Assembly: GCA_037924335.1 (NCBI GenBank)
Contig: JAXSMZ010000021.1
Coordinates: 1-26,389 of the forward strand
DNA from: Aquificaceae bacterium
GTDB lineage: Bacteria; Aquificota; Aquificia; Aquificales; Aquificaceae
Direction of reading: 5' to 3'
DNA: 26,389 nucleotides
Of the stretch, positions 25,932-26,389 are shown piece by piece. Under the pieces are notes generated by a model. That model was not told the DNA's origin. It made no database searches and saw nothing but the letters and a program-made list of their open reading frames with translations. Numbering within the stretch: the stretch's first letter is position 1; every line of letters starts with the position of its first letter. Both the position numbers and the translations under genes were made by a program.

Positions 25932-26389
25932 ATAGAAAAAGTCAAACAGACTTTAAGCTTAAAAGTGAAATTGGTTCTTGATGAGGAAAAAAGAAGGAAC
26001 TGTTGGCTTTATGCAAAAATTACAAAGACGCTATGAATTTTGTCTTTGTAAATTCTTTTGAAAAGAGAAAAAAGATTTTAGAACTTTGCACAGAACTTAT
26101 TATAGAGTATTAAGAGAAAAATTTTCTCTACCCTCTCAATATGCTGTAAATATATCAAGAAAAACAGCAACCATCTATGCAAGCAAGAATAAATGGGATA
26201 AACCCCCAAAGAGGAAATCTCTTTCGGTAGATTTAACTTTCAACAGAACTTTTTCTATCAAACCAGACAAGAGAATAGTCTCAATAACAACATTAAACGG
26301 CAGGCTAAAAAACATTCCTTATCTTGGATGGGGAAAACATTATGAGTATTTAGAGAAAGGCAGAATTGGAGACCCTGTTTTGGTTTATG
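25932..26389 (+). pseudogene. tnpB: RNA-guided endonuclease TnpB, N-terminal part with two frameshifts; runs off the window
   Basis: Stitched translation: EKVKQTLSLKVKLVLDEE/KKELLALCKNYKDAMNFV.../DFRTLHRTYYRVLREKFSLPSQYAVNISRK...IVSITTLNGRLKNIPY...IGDPVLVY. Shifts at A6 runs near 25987-25992 and 26068-26073; ATA in place of the start codon. Confidence 0.82.

Larger units (their letters stand above)
25840..26389 (+). mobile_element. IS200/IS605-family element, tnpB-only (IS1341-like); left end plus 5' part
   Basis: TTCAT|CAAA junction, GAGA guide, CCCATGT-CTAT-ACATGGG hairpin, CCGCA/TGCGG outer stem, then tnpB with no tnpA in between. Confidence 0.8.

Noticed and set aside
25767..26036. 89-aa ORF from the track
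   Set aside because: A chimera of the membrane pseudogene tail, the IS left end and the first tnpB codons
1..26389. CRISPR array, rRNA, or long tandem repeats; remaining short antisense ORFs
   Set aside because: No regularly spaced repeats or rRNA signatures were seen by eye; the small ORFs lie opposite or inside well-supported genes

Overview
This is a compact, mostly housekeeping region of an Aquificales-like chromosome (Hydrogenobacter/Thermocrinis type, inferred from gene content and style), with an accessory element at each end. Left end (1-2350, minus strand): a phage head module made of an N4-gp56-type major capsid gene that the ORF track missed, a scaffold-like gene and an HK97-type prohead protease. 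The protease has its own sigma70 leaderless promoter. Upstream sits a MuF-position toxin domain/immunity-like pair, cut off at the stop codon of the host obgE-nurA-AEC operon, with no portal, terminase or MuF domain. Core (2.36-24.9 kb): AEC transporter, nurA, obgE, tRNA-Leu(TAG), NAD-type icd, murD, RNase G/E, bamD, rsfS, a LapA-LapB fusion, an MglA-type GTPase followed by a triple PATAN/DUF4388-like protein and a two-component pair, SCO, rsmG, trmI, DUF503, TonB-like protein, class I aldolase/ADH synthase, fabI, mnmG, 2Fe-2S ferredoxin, PGI/PMI and a CBS protein. Right end: a decaying operon behind an FNR/DNR-type box (DUF59 pseudogene, intact DUF2249-DUF1858 gene, membrane-protein pseudogene). 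It is interrupted by the left end of a tnpA-less IS200/IS605 element carrying a frameshifted tnpB. All calls come from motif recognition by eye; no searches were run.
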